Part shown: positions 39,784-49,244 of the stretch, piece by piece
How the letters are laid out: the number at the start of each line of letters is the position of its first letter
Numbering within the stretch: position 1 is the stretch's first letter
From: Aureliella sp.
GTDB lineage: Bacteria; Planctomycetota; Planctomycetia; Pirellulales; Pirellulaceae
Reading direction: 5' to 3'
Assembly (NCBI GenBank): GCA_963691875.1
Contig: OY829846.1
Location: 1,760,001-1,824,000 of the forward strand
DNA length: 64,000 nucleotides
Notes under the pieces: model-generated
Told to the model about the DNA's origin: nothing
The model's input: the letters and a program-made list of their open reading frames with translations, nothing else
The model's database searches: none
Program-made: the position numbers and the translations under genes

Positions 39784-41046
39784 ATGCTTCACAATATTCC
39801 AACCGATGAACTTGGGCCGCGTGGCGAGGCGATGGCAGAGGCTGTCGGCAAATGCGTGCACTGCGGATTCTGTTTGCCAGCTTGCCCAACCTATCAAGAG
39901 CTTGGGAGTGAAATGGATTCGCCACGAGGACGGATCCTGCTGATGAAATCCGTGCTCGAAGGCGACCTCGAGATGGAGCACGCGCAGCCGCACATCGATC
40001 GCTGCTTGGGTTGTCTGGCTTGCGTGACACATTGCCCTTCAGGAGTCGAGTATGGAGAACTGGTAAGTTCGTATCGTGATCACGTAGAGCATAAAAAGGG
40101 CAGTCGCAAGTATTCGCTGCGTGACTGGCTGGTAGGACTGACTCTGCCGTATGCCAAGCGATTTCGATTGGCGCTGACTCTCGGTCGTCTGACCAAACCA
40201 TTACAGTGGGCTGTTCCCAAGTCTTTGCGGCCAATGTTGGATTTAGTTCCAGACGAGTTGCCAGCTCGCCAGCCTTTGCCAGAACTCATTCCTGCGGAAG
40301 GCAAACGTCGCGGTCGAGTCGCTCTACTAGTCGGTTGTGCTCAACAAGTCCTCGCACCCGACATCAATGCCTCGGCGGCTCGAGTGCTGAGCCGCAATGG
40401 AATCGAAGTTTATGTGGCCCGTGATCAAGGGTGTTGCGGCGCACTGGCTTGGCACACTGGACAAGGCAACAAAGCGAGCAAGTTTGCACGTCGGCTAATG
40501 TCGACAGTTCCAGATGATGTGGATTGTTTCGTGACGACGGCAGCCGGCTGTGGTTCTGCTATCTCTGAATACCCACTCCTCCTAGCTGGAACAGACTTGG
40601 AACAGGACGCGAGGCGTTTGGCTGCACGAACCATGGATATATCGGCGTACCTCGATCAGTTGGACTTAGTGCCAGTCCCAGCACTCGAAACACCCAAACG
40701 AGTGGCTTACCATGACGCCTGTCATTTAGGGCATGCGCAGGCGGTTCGGAATGAGCCAAGGCGTTTGTTACGTCAAATTGGCAATCTAGAACTCGTTGAG
40801 TTATCCGACACCGACACCTGCTGTGGTTCGGCCGGAACTTACAACATTGAACAGCCTGAAATCGCACAGTCGCTAGGGCGGAAGAAAGCGGATCTAGTCA
40901 TTGCGACTGGTGCCTCTGCCGTGGTGACGGGGAATATCGGATGTTTAGTCCAGATTGAAAAACACCTCCAAGAATCCTCAAATCGAGTAGCGGTTTTGCA
41001 CACTGTGCAGATCTTGGATCGCGCCTACCAAAAGAAACTCGTTTAG
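39784..41046 (+). CDS. glcF: Glycolate oxidase iron-sulfur subunit
   Basis: CVHCGFCLPACPTY, SPRGRI, CLGCLACVTHCPSGV, CCG domains (CCGAL, YHDACHL, CCGSAG.YN). Confidence 0.9.
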   Translation: MLHNIPTDELGPRGEAMAEAVGKCVHCGFCLPACPTYQELGSEMDSPRGRILLMKSVLEGDLEMEHAQPHIDRCLGCLACVTHCPSGVEYGELVSSYRDHVEHKKGSRKYSLRDWLVGLTLPYAKRFRLALTLGRLTKPLQWAVPKSLRPMLDLVPDELPARQPLPELIPAEGKRRGRVALLVGCAQQVLAPDINASAARVLSRNGIEVYVARDQGCCGALAWHTGQGNKASKFARRLMSTVPDDVDCFVTTAAGCGSAISEYPLLLAGTDLEQDARRLAARTMDISAYLDQLDLVPVPALETPKRVAYHDACHLGHAQAVRNEPRRLLRQIGNLELVELSDTDTCCGSAGTYNIEQPEIAQSLGRKKADLVIATGASAVVTGNIGCLVQIEKHLQESSNRVAVLHTVQILDRAYQKKLV

Positions 41047-41173
41047 CACAAATTACCTTCCCTTCCCACTCAACTTGCCTTGCCCAAACGGCCGATAGCT
41101 AGCCCTGCCCAGGTTGGTAAAGGCGATCCAATTCGCCCAAACTTCCCACGTTTCTTTGAGGATTCTCAGAAGT

Positions 41174-41452
41174 ATGACGCCATCGCAGATCGTTGAGGGC
41201 AACGAGTTTGAGGCCGTTCGTGAGTATGTCAAAACGGAACTTTGCGAGAAAAATGAATTAGAACGAGACGCGTTTCAGATGTCAGAGCGTTTGCTCACCA
41301 GGCAAGGAAAGCCTTGTGGGTTTTATTTCTGCATCTACGGTCCTAGAAGTGTCCGCCTAACGGCAGTCTGGGATCTGAACAAGAATTCGATTTTGTTCTA
41401 CGACTCGCTTGGTCGCCGAGCAGGCAATCACCCGACTCCAAATTTCGATTGA
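41174..41452 (+). CDS. Small hypothetical protein
   Basis: Compact ORF with PCGFYFCIYGPRSVRLTAVW...LFYDS.G. Confidence 0.75.
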   Translation: MTPSQIVEGNEFEAVREYVKTELCEKNELERDAFQMSERLLTRQGKPCGFYFCIYGPRSVRLTAVWDLNKNSILFYDSLGRRAGNHPTPNFD

Positions 41453-41549
41453 GCACCTTAGGAAAACTACGAAGCAATTATTCGCTTGCCGATTGGCAAG
41501 AACTCATATTATTCAGAACACGAGAGAGCAGAACCAAACCCCGCCCCCA

Positions 41550-41600
41550 GTGCAAGCAGGATGTCTTTGCACCCGAGTTGGTTTTGAGACGCAAGGAGGA
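41550..41600 (+). promoter_or_regulatory. Putative CsrA-binding sites in the csrA leader
   Basis: CAGGATGT in the loop of stem GTGCAA/TTGCAC (41550-41572), plus GGA motifs in the AAGGAGGA RBS. Confidence 0.45.
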
Positions 41601-41607
41601 ATAGAAC

Positions 41608-41841
41608 GTGTTGATCCTGTCGCGCCGCGAAGCGGAGAGCATCAGTTTAGGTGACGATATCGTGCTTACGATCGTCGCCGTCGGTAATGACAAAGTCCGC
41701 ATCGGTGTGAAGGCCCCCCCCGAGGTACGCATCTTGCGAAACGAATTGGAAGTGGAAGAGCAAGTCGCCACCATTCCTTTTCCAATTAGTCCGACCGAAT
41801 CCACTGACGACTCTCAATGGCAGCAACGCAGAGCTGCGTGA
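41608..41841 (+). CDS. csrA: Carbon storage regulator CsrA
   Basis: MLILSRREAESISLGDDIVLTIV...VRIGVKAPPEVRILRNEL; strong RBS. Confidence 0.95.
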   Translation: MLILSRREAESISLGDDIVLTIVAVGNDKVRIGVKAPPEVRILRNELEVEEQVATIPFPISPTESTDDSQWQQRRAA

Positions 41842-41869
41842 AGCAGGATCAACTCGAAACGACATATCG

Positions 41870-41902
41870 AAAAGGTGCCCCAAATCTTGGAGCACCTTTT
41901 TT
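41870..41902 (+). terminator. Intrinsic terminator after csrA, possibly bidirectional
   Basis: AAAAGGTGC...GCACCTTTTTT. Confidence 0.8.
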
Positions 41903-42104
41903 AGTTTCGTGTGGCACTAGCCCCGCCGGTGCGAGGGGCGTTATCAGCTTGCACGTTAATTAGCAATTGAAGTGTCGTAAACTGGAGGACACGTGCAAAC
42001 TTCTCATTCTAGAGCACCAGCTGCTACCGCAAACGAGACTTGATTAACGGAGTGGACCTGCAACACAGAGTATTCCGATCTAACTTGGTACACAAGTTTG
42101 CTCT

Positions 42105-43613
42105 CTAACTTGCGTTTGCAAAGCCCTTTAACTTCTCGTAGCCAGCGTCCCACTGCCCATGCGGCTTAGGATCGTAAGTGGCAATGTCCTTGGCTTTGCG
42201 GATCAAAGATCTGGCGTCTTCGATACTGCTCAACTCGCCTGTCCCAATGGCTTGCATGAGCACGTTACCCAGTGCCGTTGCTTCCACGGGACCAGCAATG
42301 ACTTGCTTCTGACAAGCATCGGCCGTCAACTGGCAGAGCAATTGATTCTGTACGCCGCCCCCTACCATATGAATGGTCTTCATCTCGCGTCCAACGAGAT
42401 GCTCTAAATAACCTAGTACCATCCGATAACGTAGAACAAGGCTTTCCAATGCGCAACGAATGATCTCGCCTTCGGTCGATGGCTGCGGTTGATTCGTCTT
42501 GGAACAGAATTCCCGAATCGCTTCCGGCATGCTGTCGGGAGCAATAAATAGATCGTCATCAGGATCGATGATAGAAACCATGCTTGGGGCTTCTTCAGCG
42601 AGTTGCGTGAGTCGGTCCCAGCTTAGTTCTTTGCCTTCGCGCTTCCATTGTTCCCGACACTGTTGAACGATCCACAAGCCTGCAATGTTCTTCAGCAGAC
42701 GCACGCTGCCTTGCACGCCGCCTTCGTTCGTAAAATTGAATTTCTGACAATCATCACTCAGGATCGGTTTAGGAATCTCTGCGCCCATCAGCGACCAAGT
42801 TCCACAGCTGATGTAGCACCAGTCAGGCTCAGCCGGCGCGAACGAACTTGCCGGTACAGCCAACACGGCGGAACCGGTGTCATGGGTGGCAGGCAAGATG
42901 ACTTGGACTTCCTTGCCAAGTCGTGTTCGATTGCGAACCGCATCGGTCAAGGAGCCAAGATTGGCCCCAGGTTGCGCCGGTTCGGAAAACAAGTGCGACG
43001 GGATTTCAAACGCATCCATCACCGGTTCGGCCCACGTGCATGTGCTGGGATTTAGCAGCTGCGTCGTCGATGCGTTGGTAAACTCATTGACTTTCTCACC
43101 CGACAATTGCCAGTGCAAGTAGTCTGGCACCATCAGAAAACGTTCGGCAATGTCTAGAATTGGTGACTTTTCCAATCGCATAGCGAGGAGTTGATAGGCC
43201 GAGTTGATCTCCATGAACTGCAGACCGGTGTGAGCGAAAATCTTGCTGCGTGGCATCCGTTCAAAGCCCTTGTCGAGCATTCCTCGAATTCTTGCGTCGC
43301 GGTAGCAGAAGCACGGCCCAGCTTGATCGTCGTTGCGGTCGAGCAGCACGTAGTCGACGCCCCAGGTATCAGCACCGACAGAAGCGATTTGATCTCCGTA
43401 CTTGGCTCCGGCAGCGCCAAGGCCCTCCATGATGTTCTCCCATTGGCCGAGCAGGTTCCAAACCAGTCGTTTTCCGAGTGGGACGGGGCCGTTGGTAAAG
43501 CGATGGAGTTCGTCGAGCGCGATGCCATCGTCCGTGATGCGACCGCCAAGTACTCGGCCTCCCGACGCACCGAGATCGATCGCTAAGTGCACGGGTTGGT
43601 TGCTTCCACTCAT
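42105..43613 (-). CDS. rhaB: Rhamnulokinase (FGGY family)
   Basis: AIDLGASGGR, ELHRF, DTWGVDY, HDTGSA, CGTWSLMG, FTNEGG, LLKNIAGLW. Confidence 0.9.
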   Translation of the reverse strand: MSGSNQPVHLAIDLGASGGRVLGGRITDDGIALDELHRFTNGPVPLGKRLVWNLLGQWENIMEGLGAAGAKYGDQIASVGADTWGVDYVLLDRNDDQAGPCFCYRDARIRGMLDKGFERMPRSKIFAHTGLQFMEINSAYQLLAMRLEKSPILDIAERFLMVPDYLHWQLSGEKVNEFTNASTTQLLNPSTCTWAEPVMDAFEIPSHLFSEPAQPGANLGSLTDAVRNRTRLGKEVQVILPATHDTGSAVLAVPASSFAPAEPDWCYISCGTWSLMGAEIPKPILSDDCQKFNFTNEGGVQGSVRLLKNIAGLWIVQQCREQWKREGKELSWDRLTQLAEEAPSMVSIIDPDDDLFIAPDSMPEAIREFCSKTNQPQPSTEGEIIRCALESLVLRYRMVLGYLEHLVGREMKTIHMVGGGVQNQLLCQLTADACQKQVIAGPVEATALGNVLMQAIGTGELSSIEDARSLIRKAKDIATYDPKPHGQWDAGYEKLKGFANAS

Positions 43614-43788
43614 TTTGGTAGGGCTTTCTTCGGGAAAGAGGATAGGAGAGCAGAAAATGGTACCAGATTGCGACTTCGTGTAGCGGCTGAGTTTGCTCAA
43701 TTCGGCTGCTTCGCATATCCTTTTAAGGAATCTACTGGCCGTGTTTTCTCGAGATATTAGCGTGGCGGCAGCACTTCAACCAAACGAA

Positions 43789-44457
43789 ATGAAAACCGCC
43801 CGAGCGGTAGATGGTCCGCGCGGACCTGAGCAAGATTGGTTGTCGATCATGGCAGGCAAAACGGTCATTGGTCTTGCTAGGTTCTTCAGCGGCTACACAG
43901 TTCGCTGGGTCGATTGCCAACCAGACACTTGCCAGCGAGTCTATTTCGCAAACCACACCAGTCACTTGGACGCCGTGGTTCTCTGGTCGGCCTTGCCACC
44001 CGAAATCCGCAATCTAACGCGCCCGGTGGCAGCGAAAGATTACTGGGCAAAGACGCGATTCAAGCGTCTCCTGGCTCGATCGTTTAACGCGATGTTGATT
44101 GATCGGAAAGAGATCAAGGTGCACCAGAGCCCCGTGGATTTAATGATACGCGAGATCGGCGACACTTATTCTCTAATCGTTTTCCCAGAAGGTAGTCGTA
44201 GCGACGACGGGAAACTCAATGAATTCAAAAGCGGCATTTACCACTTGGCCAAGAAGCGTCCCGACCTCGAGTTGGTTCCGGTTTACATGGAGAATTTGAA
44301 TCGGATTTTGCCTAAGGGCGAGGTGGTTCCCATCCCCCTGTTGAGCAGCATTCACATTGGTGCGCCGATCTGGCTGGAAGCAGGTGAGCCCAAAGCCGAT
44401 TTTCTTGTCCGTGCCCGCAATGCGGTCGCAGCTCTGAAAGAAGAGAGCGAAGAGTAG
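43789..44457 (+). CDS. Lysophospholipid acyltransferase (PlsC-like)
   Basis: ANHTSHLD (HX4D), FPEGSRS, FKSG; start uncertain (43789 or 43849). Confidence 0.9.
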   Translation: MKTARAVDGPRGPEQDWLSIMAGKTVIGLARFFSGYTVRWVDCQPDTCQRVYFANHTSHLDAVVLWSALPPEIRNLTRPVAAKDYWAKTRFKRLLARSFNAMLIDRKEIKVHQSPVDLMIREIGDTYSLIVFPEGSRSDDGKLNEFKSGIYHLAKKRPDLELVPVYMENLNRILPKGEVVPIPLLSSIHIGAPIWLEAGEPKADFLVRARNAVAALKEESEE

Positions 44458-44539
44458 TTCAAAAACGCTGCAGTATCAATTTTCGCTGTGCAGTGTTACC
44501 CTGGGGGCTGTTTTTGTCCCTCTGTGTTCCTCGCCTCGT

Positions 44540-46120
44540 TTGCTCATGATCCGCCATTTGCCGCTCAACTTGCGTTCGCCTGCAGTTTTACTTGAGTGTA
44601 TCCTTCTGATTTGCGCTCTCGCAGTTCCATTGTCGGCACGAGGACACGCACAAGACCCCGAGGATCAGCCGGCGAACTCAACGGCGGAAAAAAATCAATC
44701 GCCGGCACTAGAGGCAGACGACTCTACTGAAGCAGCCCCAGCTGTACAGGTTGCTCATCACTTGCATCCAGACGAGGAACCTGAACCTTTTTTCAAGAGT
44801 GATGCGGTAATCTTTGGCATCTTAATGCTGATTCTTGGCTTCGTCTTTTGGAGCAGTAACAGTGAGGTTTCGGCCTTTAAGAAGTTCTACAGGTTCGTTC
44901 CAATGCTCCTGATGTGCTACTTCTTACCATCGCTCCTAACAGTTTTTGGTCTGGTCAACGCAGAAGAATCAAAACTCTATTACGTCGCAACGCGATATCT
45001 TCTGCCAGCCTGTCTCGTACTACTCACACTGAGTATCGATTTGAAGGAAGTCTTCAAACTTGGCCCCAAAGCCTTGATCATGTTCCTGACAGGAACAGCT
45101 GGAGTCGTTTTGGGTGGACCGCTTGCCGTAGTGATCGTGGCTACCCTTGCACCTGAAATCATCGGCGTCGATGGGCCAGCAGCGGTGTGGCGCGGCCTAA
45201 GCACGGTAGCTGGCAGTTGGATTGGTGGTGGTGCAAACCAAGCCGCGATGCAAGTTGTGTTCATGTCGCCACCGGAGGGCGCGACGGGGGAGTTAAAGCG
45301 AGAGCTCTCAGATCTCTACAGCGTGATGGTTGCGGTCGATGTTCTGGTAGCTGAAGCCTGGATGGTGTTCTTGCTTTTTGGTGTTGGCAAGGCAAAAGAA
45401 ATTGATCGCTTCTTCAAAGCGGATTCTTCAGCAATTGAGAGCTTGAAGAGAACAATGGAGGACTTTAGTGCCACGGTGACTCGAGTACCGTCATCGAAAG
45501 ATTTGATGCTGATTGCCGCTATCGGCTTTGGTGCTACAGCTTTTGCACATTTCTTCGGTGGCCAGCTTGCAGCAACAGTCGAGCAGGTCATCGTTTCAAA
45601 TCCTGTCAAAGGTTTCGCTGGCGAAGAAGTGACGGCCAAGGATTCTCAGTTTGGCTATCTCAAAGATCTTGGGCTAACAAGTTCTTTCTTCTGGCTCATC
45701 GTTTTATCGACGACCGTTGGAGTGGCTCTCTCCTTTACGCCACTAAGGAACTTGGAGGGGGCGGGGGCGTCCAAGATCGGGACCGTGTTCATTTTCATTT
45801 TGGTTGCGGTGATTGGCATGGGGATGAACATCCGAGCCGTTTTCGACTACCCAGGGTTTTTCCTGGTTGGCGGAATCTGGATGGCGTTCCACGTAGCGTT
45901 GCTCTTCCTGGTTGGATGGCTAATTCGAGCGCCTTACTTCTTTTTGGCTGTCGGCAGCAAGGCAAATATTGGCGGGGCAGCTAGTGCCCCAGTTGTCGCA
46001 GCTGCCTTTCATCCCGCGCTTGCTCCGGTCGGAGTATTGCTCGCAGTGCTGGGGTATGCTCTCGGGACATACGGCGCCATGATTTGCGCCTGGATGATGC
46101 AAGCTGCAACTCCAGGATAG
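44540..46120 (+). CDS. DUF819 family integral membrane protein
   Basis: Many TM segments; GSWIGGGANQAAM, SKANIGGAASAPVVAAAF. Confidence 0.9.
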   Translation: MLMIRHLPLNLRSPAVLLECILLICALAVPLSARGHAQDPEDQPANSTAEKNQSPALEADDSTEAAPAVQVAHHLHPDEEPEPFFKSDAVIFGILMLILGFVFWSSNSEVSAFKKFYRFVPMLLMCYFLPSLLTVFGLVNAEESKLYYVATRYLLPACLVLLTLSIDLKEVFKLGPKALIMFLTGTAGVVLGGPLAVVIVATLAPEIIGVDGPAAVWRGLSTVAGSWIGGGANQAAMQVVFMSPPEGATGELKRELSDLYSVMVAVDVLVAEAWMVFLLFGVGKAKEIDRFFKADSSAIESLKRTMEDFSATVTRVPSSKDLMLIAAIGFGATAFAHFFGGQLAATVEQVIVSNPVKGFAGEEVTAKDSQFGYLKDLGLTSSFFWLIVLSTTVGVALSFTPLRNLEGAGASKIGTVFIFILVAVIGMGMNIRAVFDYPGFFLVGGIWMAFHVALLFLVGWLIRAPYFFLAVGSKANIGGAASAPVVAAAFHPALAPVGVLLAVLGYALGTYGAMICAWMMQAATPG

Positions 46121-46152
46121 CCTCCTCCCTTTCTATGATTAAAGTCTCAGAG

Positions 46153-47124
46153 CTAACGCTGCTCACCAAGCTTCGCCTCGGTCGCCGCGCCATTGGTAGT
46201 GAGAATCTGAATATTCGTCGTCGCGTTTCCGAATCGCTTAAAGTCTTTGAAGGTCCAAACTACTTCCTTCTTGCGATTCACTTCGACAACTTGCGGATTG
46301 GCTTCGGTCGCATGACAGTTCCCGATGACGATGTTGCCGCTGGGCAGTTCCTGGAGCGTTGTCACCCAAGCTAGTTGAATGTTAGGCAGATCGTTTTGAT
46401 CGAGTTTCCAAACTACTTTCTTTTCGGGCGTTACCTCAATAATGCTGTGCCCATTTCCAGTGCCAATCAGCGTATTACCATTGGCTAGGCGGAGCGCAGA
46501 GTAAGCCTTGTTGCCGAATGCCGTCAGTCCATGGCCCCGCGCTGGCGACTTGCCAAACATGGGGACTTCAAAGTCCCATACGATCTCGCCTTCGCGCGAA
46601 TACTCACGAACTCTTCCGTCAGATTCGTGGCAAACTAGATAGTTGCCGCTGGCGAGCTGTCGGACGAGTCGTGTGTCGGTGTGCGCGTTTGGCGTGGTGA
46701 CTTGCAATGCAATTTCATGAACCGCCTTGCCTGCTTTGTCTACTTCGATAATCTTCGTTGCGCCGCTCACCGCGATCATGGTATTGCCGTGCGGCAAACG
46801 CTGAAAAGCATGCACTTCGACGCGTTTCACGGAATCACTGAGATGCTGCTTTGCATCATATTTCCATACAACCTCATCGGTCTTGGGATTTACCTCGACG
46901 ATATCTGTCCAACTCGTTTGGAACAACACATTGCCATTTTCAAGCATGTGGAGATCGTGCAGCGGCCCGATCTTGTATGCCCAAGTTGTCTTTCCGTCCT
47001 CATCGATGATCGCGATCCGGTTCTTTGAAGAATCTGCGATCAGAAAGCTGTGCTTGGGGGATTCGGCAAATGACGTTGAAACAGCGAACAAGGCCAAAAA
47101 CGTGAGTGTCAACGTTCGAAGCAT
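46153..47124 (-). CDS. Secreted beta-propeller repeat protein
   Basis: Signal peptide; repeated L.NGNTLI...IIEV...VVW blades. Confidence 0.85.
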   Translation of the reverse strand: MLRTLTLTFLALFAVSTSFAESPKHSFLIADSSKNRIAIIDEDGKTTWAYKIGPLHDLHMLENGNVLFQTSWTDIVEVNPKTDEVVWKYDAKQHLSDSVKRVEVHAFQRLPHGNTMIAVSGATKIIEVDKAGKAVHEIALQVTTPNAHTDTRLVRQLASGNYLVCHESDGRVREYSREGEIVWDFEVPMFGKSPARGHGLTAFGNKAYSALRLANGNTLIGTGNGHSIIEVTPEKKVVWKLDQNDLPNIQLAWVTTLQELPSGNIVIGNCHATEANPQVVEVNRKKEVVWTFKDFKRFGNATTNIQILTTNGAATEAKLGEQR

Positions 47125-47343
47125 GAGAGGATTCCTGTTGGTGAGCGAGGTGAGGAAGGTAGGATGAGATTTTACATTGCTTTTACATACTGTTTGCAAT
47201 TTCAAGAAGTTTTTCGCGCGGAGAAAGCGTTTAATCTCATGTACCTATCAGCCTACGTTTAGCAGCGACTGCTGCGAGTCATTAGGAAAGAAGTCAACCG
47301 GGCTGGTTTCACTGTTGGGCCAACGGGCCAGAGGAGTTTCGAG

Positions 47344-48750
47344 ATGAGGTTTTGTTGTATCGCTCTAGTGCTGTTTGGTTGCCTGAGCATCGGCGGCAAG
47401 CAGACCGCCAAGGCGGAGCAGGTGAAGTTGGATGTGGCGATGGGCTATCCTACCATGTACATCGCCCAAGAAGGGAAAAAGGGGACGAATCACGTTCGTA
47501 TCGCGCTGACTGGTTTTGAAATGCCAGCCGAAGAAGAACGACTGCCGATCAACGTCGCCATTGTGATCGATAAGTCAGGCTCGATGCAGGGTGACAAAAT
47601 TGCACAGGCTCGAGCTGCCGCATTGCAGGCAATTGACCGCTTGCGCGACGACGATATCGTGTCGATTGTAACTTACGATTCGACCGTCAATGTCCTTGTT
47701 CCAGCTACCAAGGCATCAGACCGAGCTGAGATCAAAAAGAAGATTCGCAGTATTTCACCCGGCGGCAACACTGCTTTGTTCGCCGGAGTCAGCAAGGGTG
47801 CCGCCGAGACACGTAAGTTCTTAGACGACAACCGGGTCAACCGGGTCATTCTTTTGTCGGATGGCTTGGCAAATGTCGGACCGTCGAGCCCAAGCGAGTT
47901 GCGGCAACTGGGTGCTTCGTTGATCAAAGAAGGCATCAGTGTATCCACGATGGGACTCGGCCTGGGCTACAACGAAGACTTGCTCAGCGGCTTGGCACTT
48001 TCCAGCAGCGGCAACCACGTTTTCATCGAAGATGCTGAGAACCTAGTCGGCGTATTCCAGAATGAATTCGACGACGTCATGAGTGTGGTGGCTCAAAGAT
48101 TACGCATCAACGCCAAACTCTCGGAAGGCATTCGTCCAGTAAAAGTTCTGAACTACCCAGCCGACATCACGGGTCAAAAGGTCTCGATCGACCTCGGGCA
48201 ACTCTACGCCCGTCAAGAACGCTACTTCGTCTTGGAAGTCGAAATCCCGTTCGGGGAAAACGAAGCTACTACACCTATCGCAGATGTAAATCTCGAGTAC
48301 ACCAACATGCTTACCGAGACAAAGGACAAGCTTTCCAGTGCAGTCGAGGTCAAGTTCTCGAATGACGAGAAACTTGCTCAACAGAGCATTTCCAATGATG
48401 TAATGTCTTGTGTCGTCACGCAGATTGCCAACTGTAACAATGCCGATGCAACTCGATGGCGTGACGAAGGTAACGTTGAGAAGGCCAAGGAAACGCTACT
48501 TGGCAACTCTTTCTATTTAAAGCGATACGCTAATCTGCTGAAATCCGAGAAACTTGAAGAGCTGAGTCGACTCAATGAATCGCAATCCAATATGCTTGAT
48601 GATAAGAATTGGAACCTGAACCGAAAAGCAATGCGAGGCCTGCAATACCAGCAGCTCAGTCAACAACGGTTCGACGGTGGCAAGAAGCAAGAGTCGAAGC
48701 CAAGTAAGTCTAAGTCCGAGGCGAACAAGAGCAAGTCAAAGACTCGGTAG
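47344..48750 (+). CDS. Secreted von Willebrand factor A domain protein
   Basis: MIDAS motif IDKSGSM, GGNT, LLSDGLAN; signal peptide; GAGGAG RBS. Confidence 0.92.
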   Translation: MRFCCIALVLFGCLSIGGKQTAKAEQVKLDVAMGYPTMYIAQEGKKGTNHVRIALTGFEMPAEEERLPINVAIVIDKSGSMQGDKIAQARAAALQAIDRLRDDDIVSIVTYDSTVNVLVPATKASDRAEIKKKIRSISPGGNTALFAGVSKGAAETRKFLDDNRVNRVILLSDGLANVGPSSPSELRQLGASLIKEGISVSTMGLGLGYNEDLLSGLALSSSGNHVFIEDAENLVGVFQNEFDDVMSVVAQRLRINAKLSEGIRPVKVLNYPADITGQKVSIDLGQLYARQERYFVLEVEIPFGENEATTPIADVNLEYTNMLTETKDKLSSAVEVKFSNDEKLAQQSISNDVMSCVVTQIANCNNADATRWRDEGNVEKAKETLLGNSFYLKRYANLLKSEKLEELSRLNESQSNMLDDKNWNLNRKAMRGLQYQQLSQQRFDGGKKQESKPSKSKSEANKSKSKTR

Positions 48751-48777
48751 CTCAACCGGAAGTTGAACCATGAATTC

Positions 48778-48808
48778 AAAGGCTTCGAGTTCCTCCGGAG
48801 CCTTTTTT
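48778..48808 (+). terminator. Intrinsic terminator after the vWA gene
   Basis: AAAGGCTTCG...CGGAGCCTTTTTT. Confidence 0.75.
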
Positions 48809-49244
48809 GCTGCGCGAATGACTTTGCACAGGTCAATGACTGAGCGCAGCCTTCTGCTTCTCTTCAGATCCCGCCCATGTAATCCATCGCCAGAATGAGG
48901 TACCAGGCAAGTGCAAGCACGTCTACTCCAGCCACAATGAGAAAGACGCCCCCAATAGCGTCGAACTGAGACCGATTGGCCAGGAGCACCAATTGCAGAG
49001 TCCAATTGCTCTCGCCCGCTTCAGACTTAGGAAACTGACGAACAATAAAAGGGCATATGTTCGGAAGAGCGGAATTCGCTGCCACTTTGGTCCAAGTACC
49101 GATTCCGTTAGTGGTTTTTGTCTGTATTAACCCTAATTCTTCGAGCGCATGAAAAAAGCCAGCTTGGATTCTCGAACCCTAACTGGCCCTTATTCTTAAC
49201 TGCTGCGCAGTAGTATGTGCGACCGGAGGAGCGTCACCCTGCCT

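Noticed and set aside
46822..46838. Additional parS-like site (CGTTTCACG)
   Set aside because: Half-site only, inside a CDS.
48864..49085. 73-aa ORF with a hydrophobic C-terminus
   Set aside because: No RBS or family motif; cannot be distinguished from a chance ORF or remnant.
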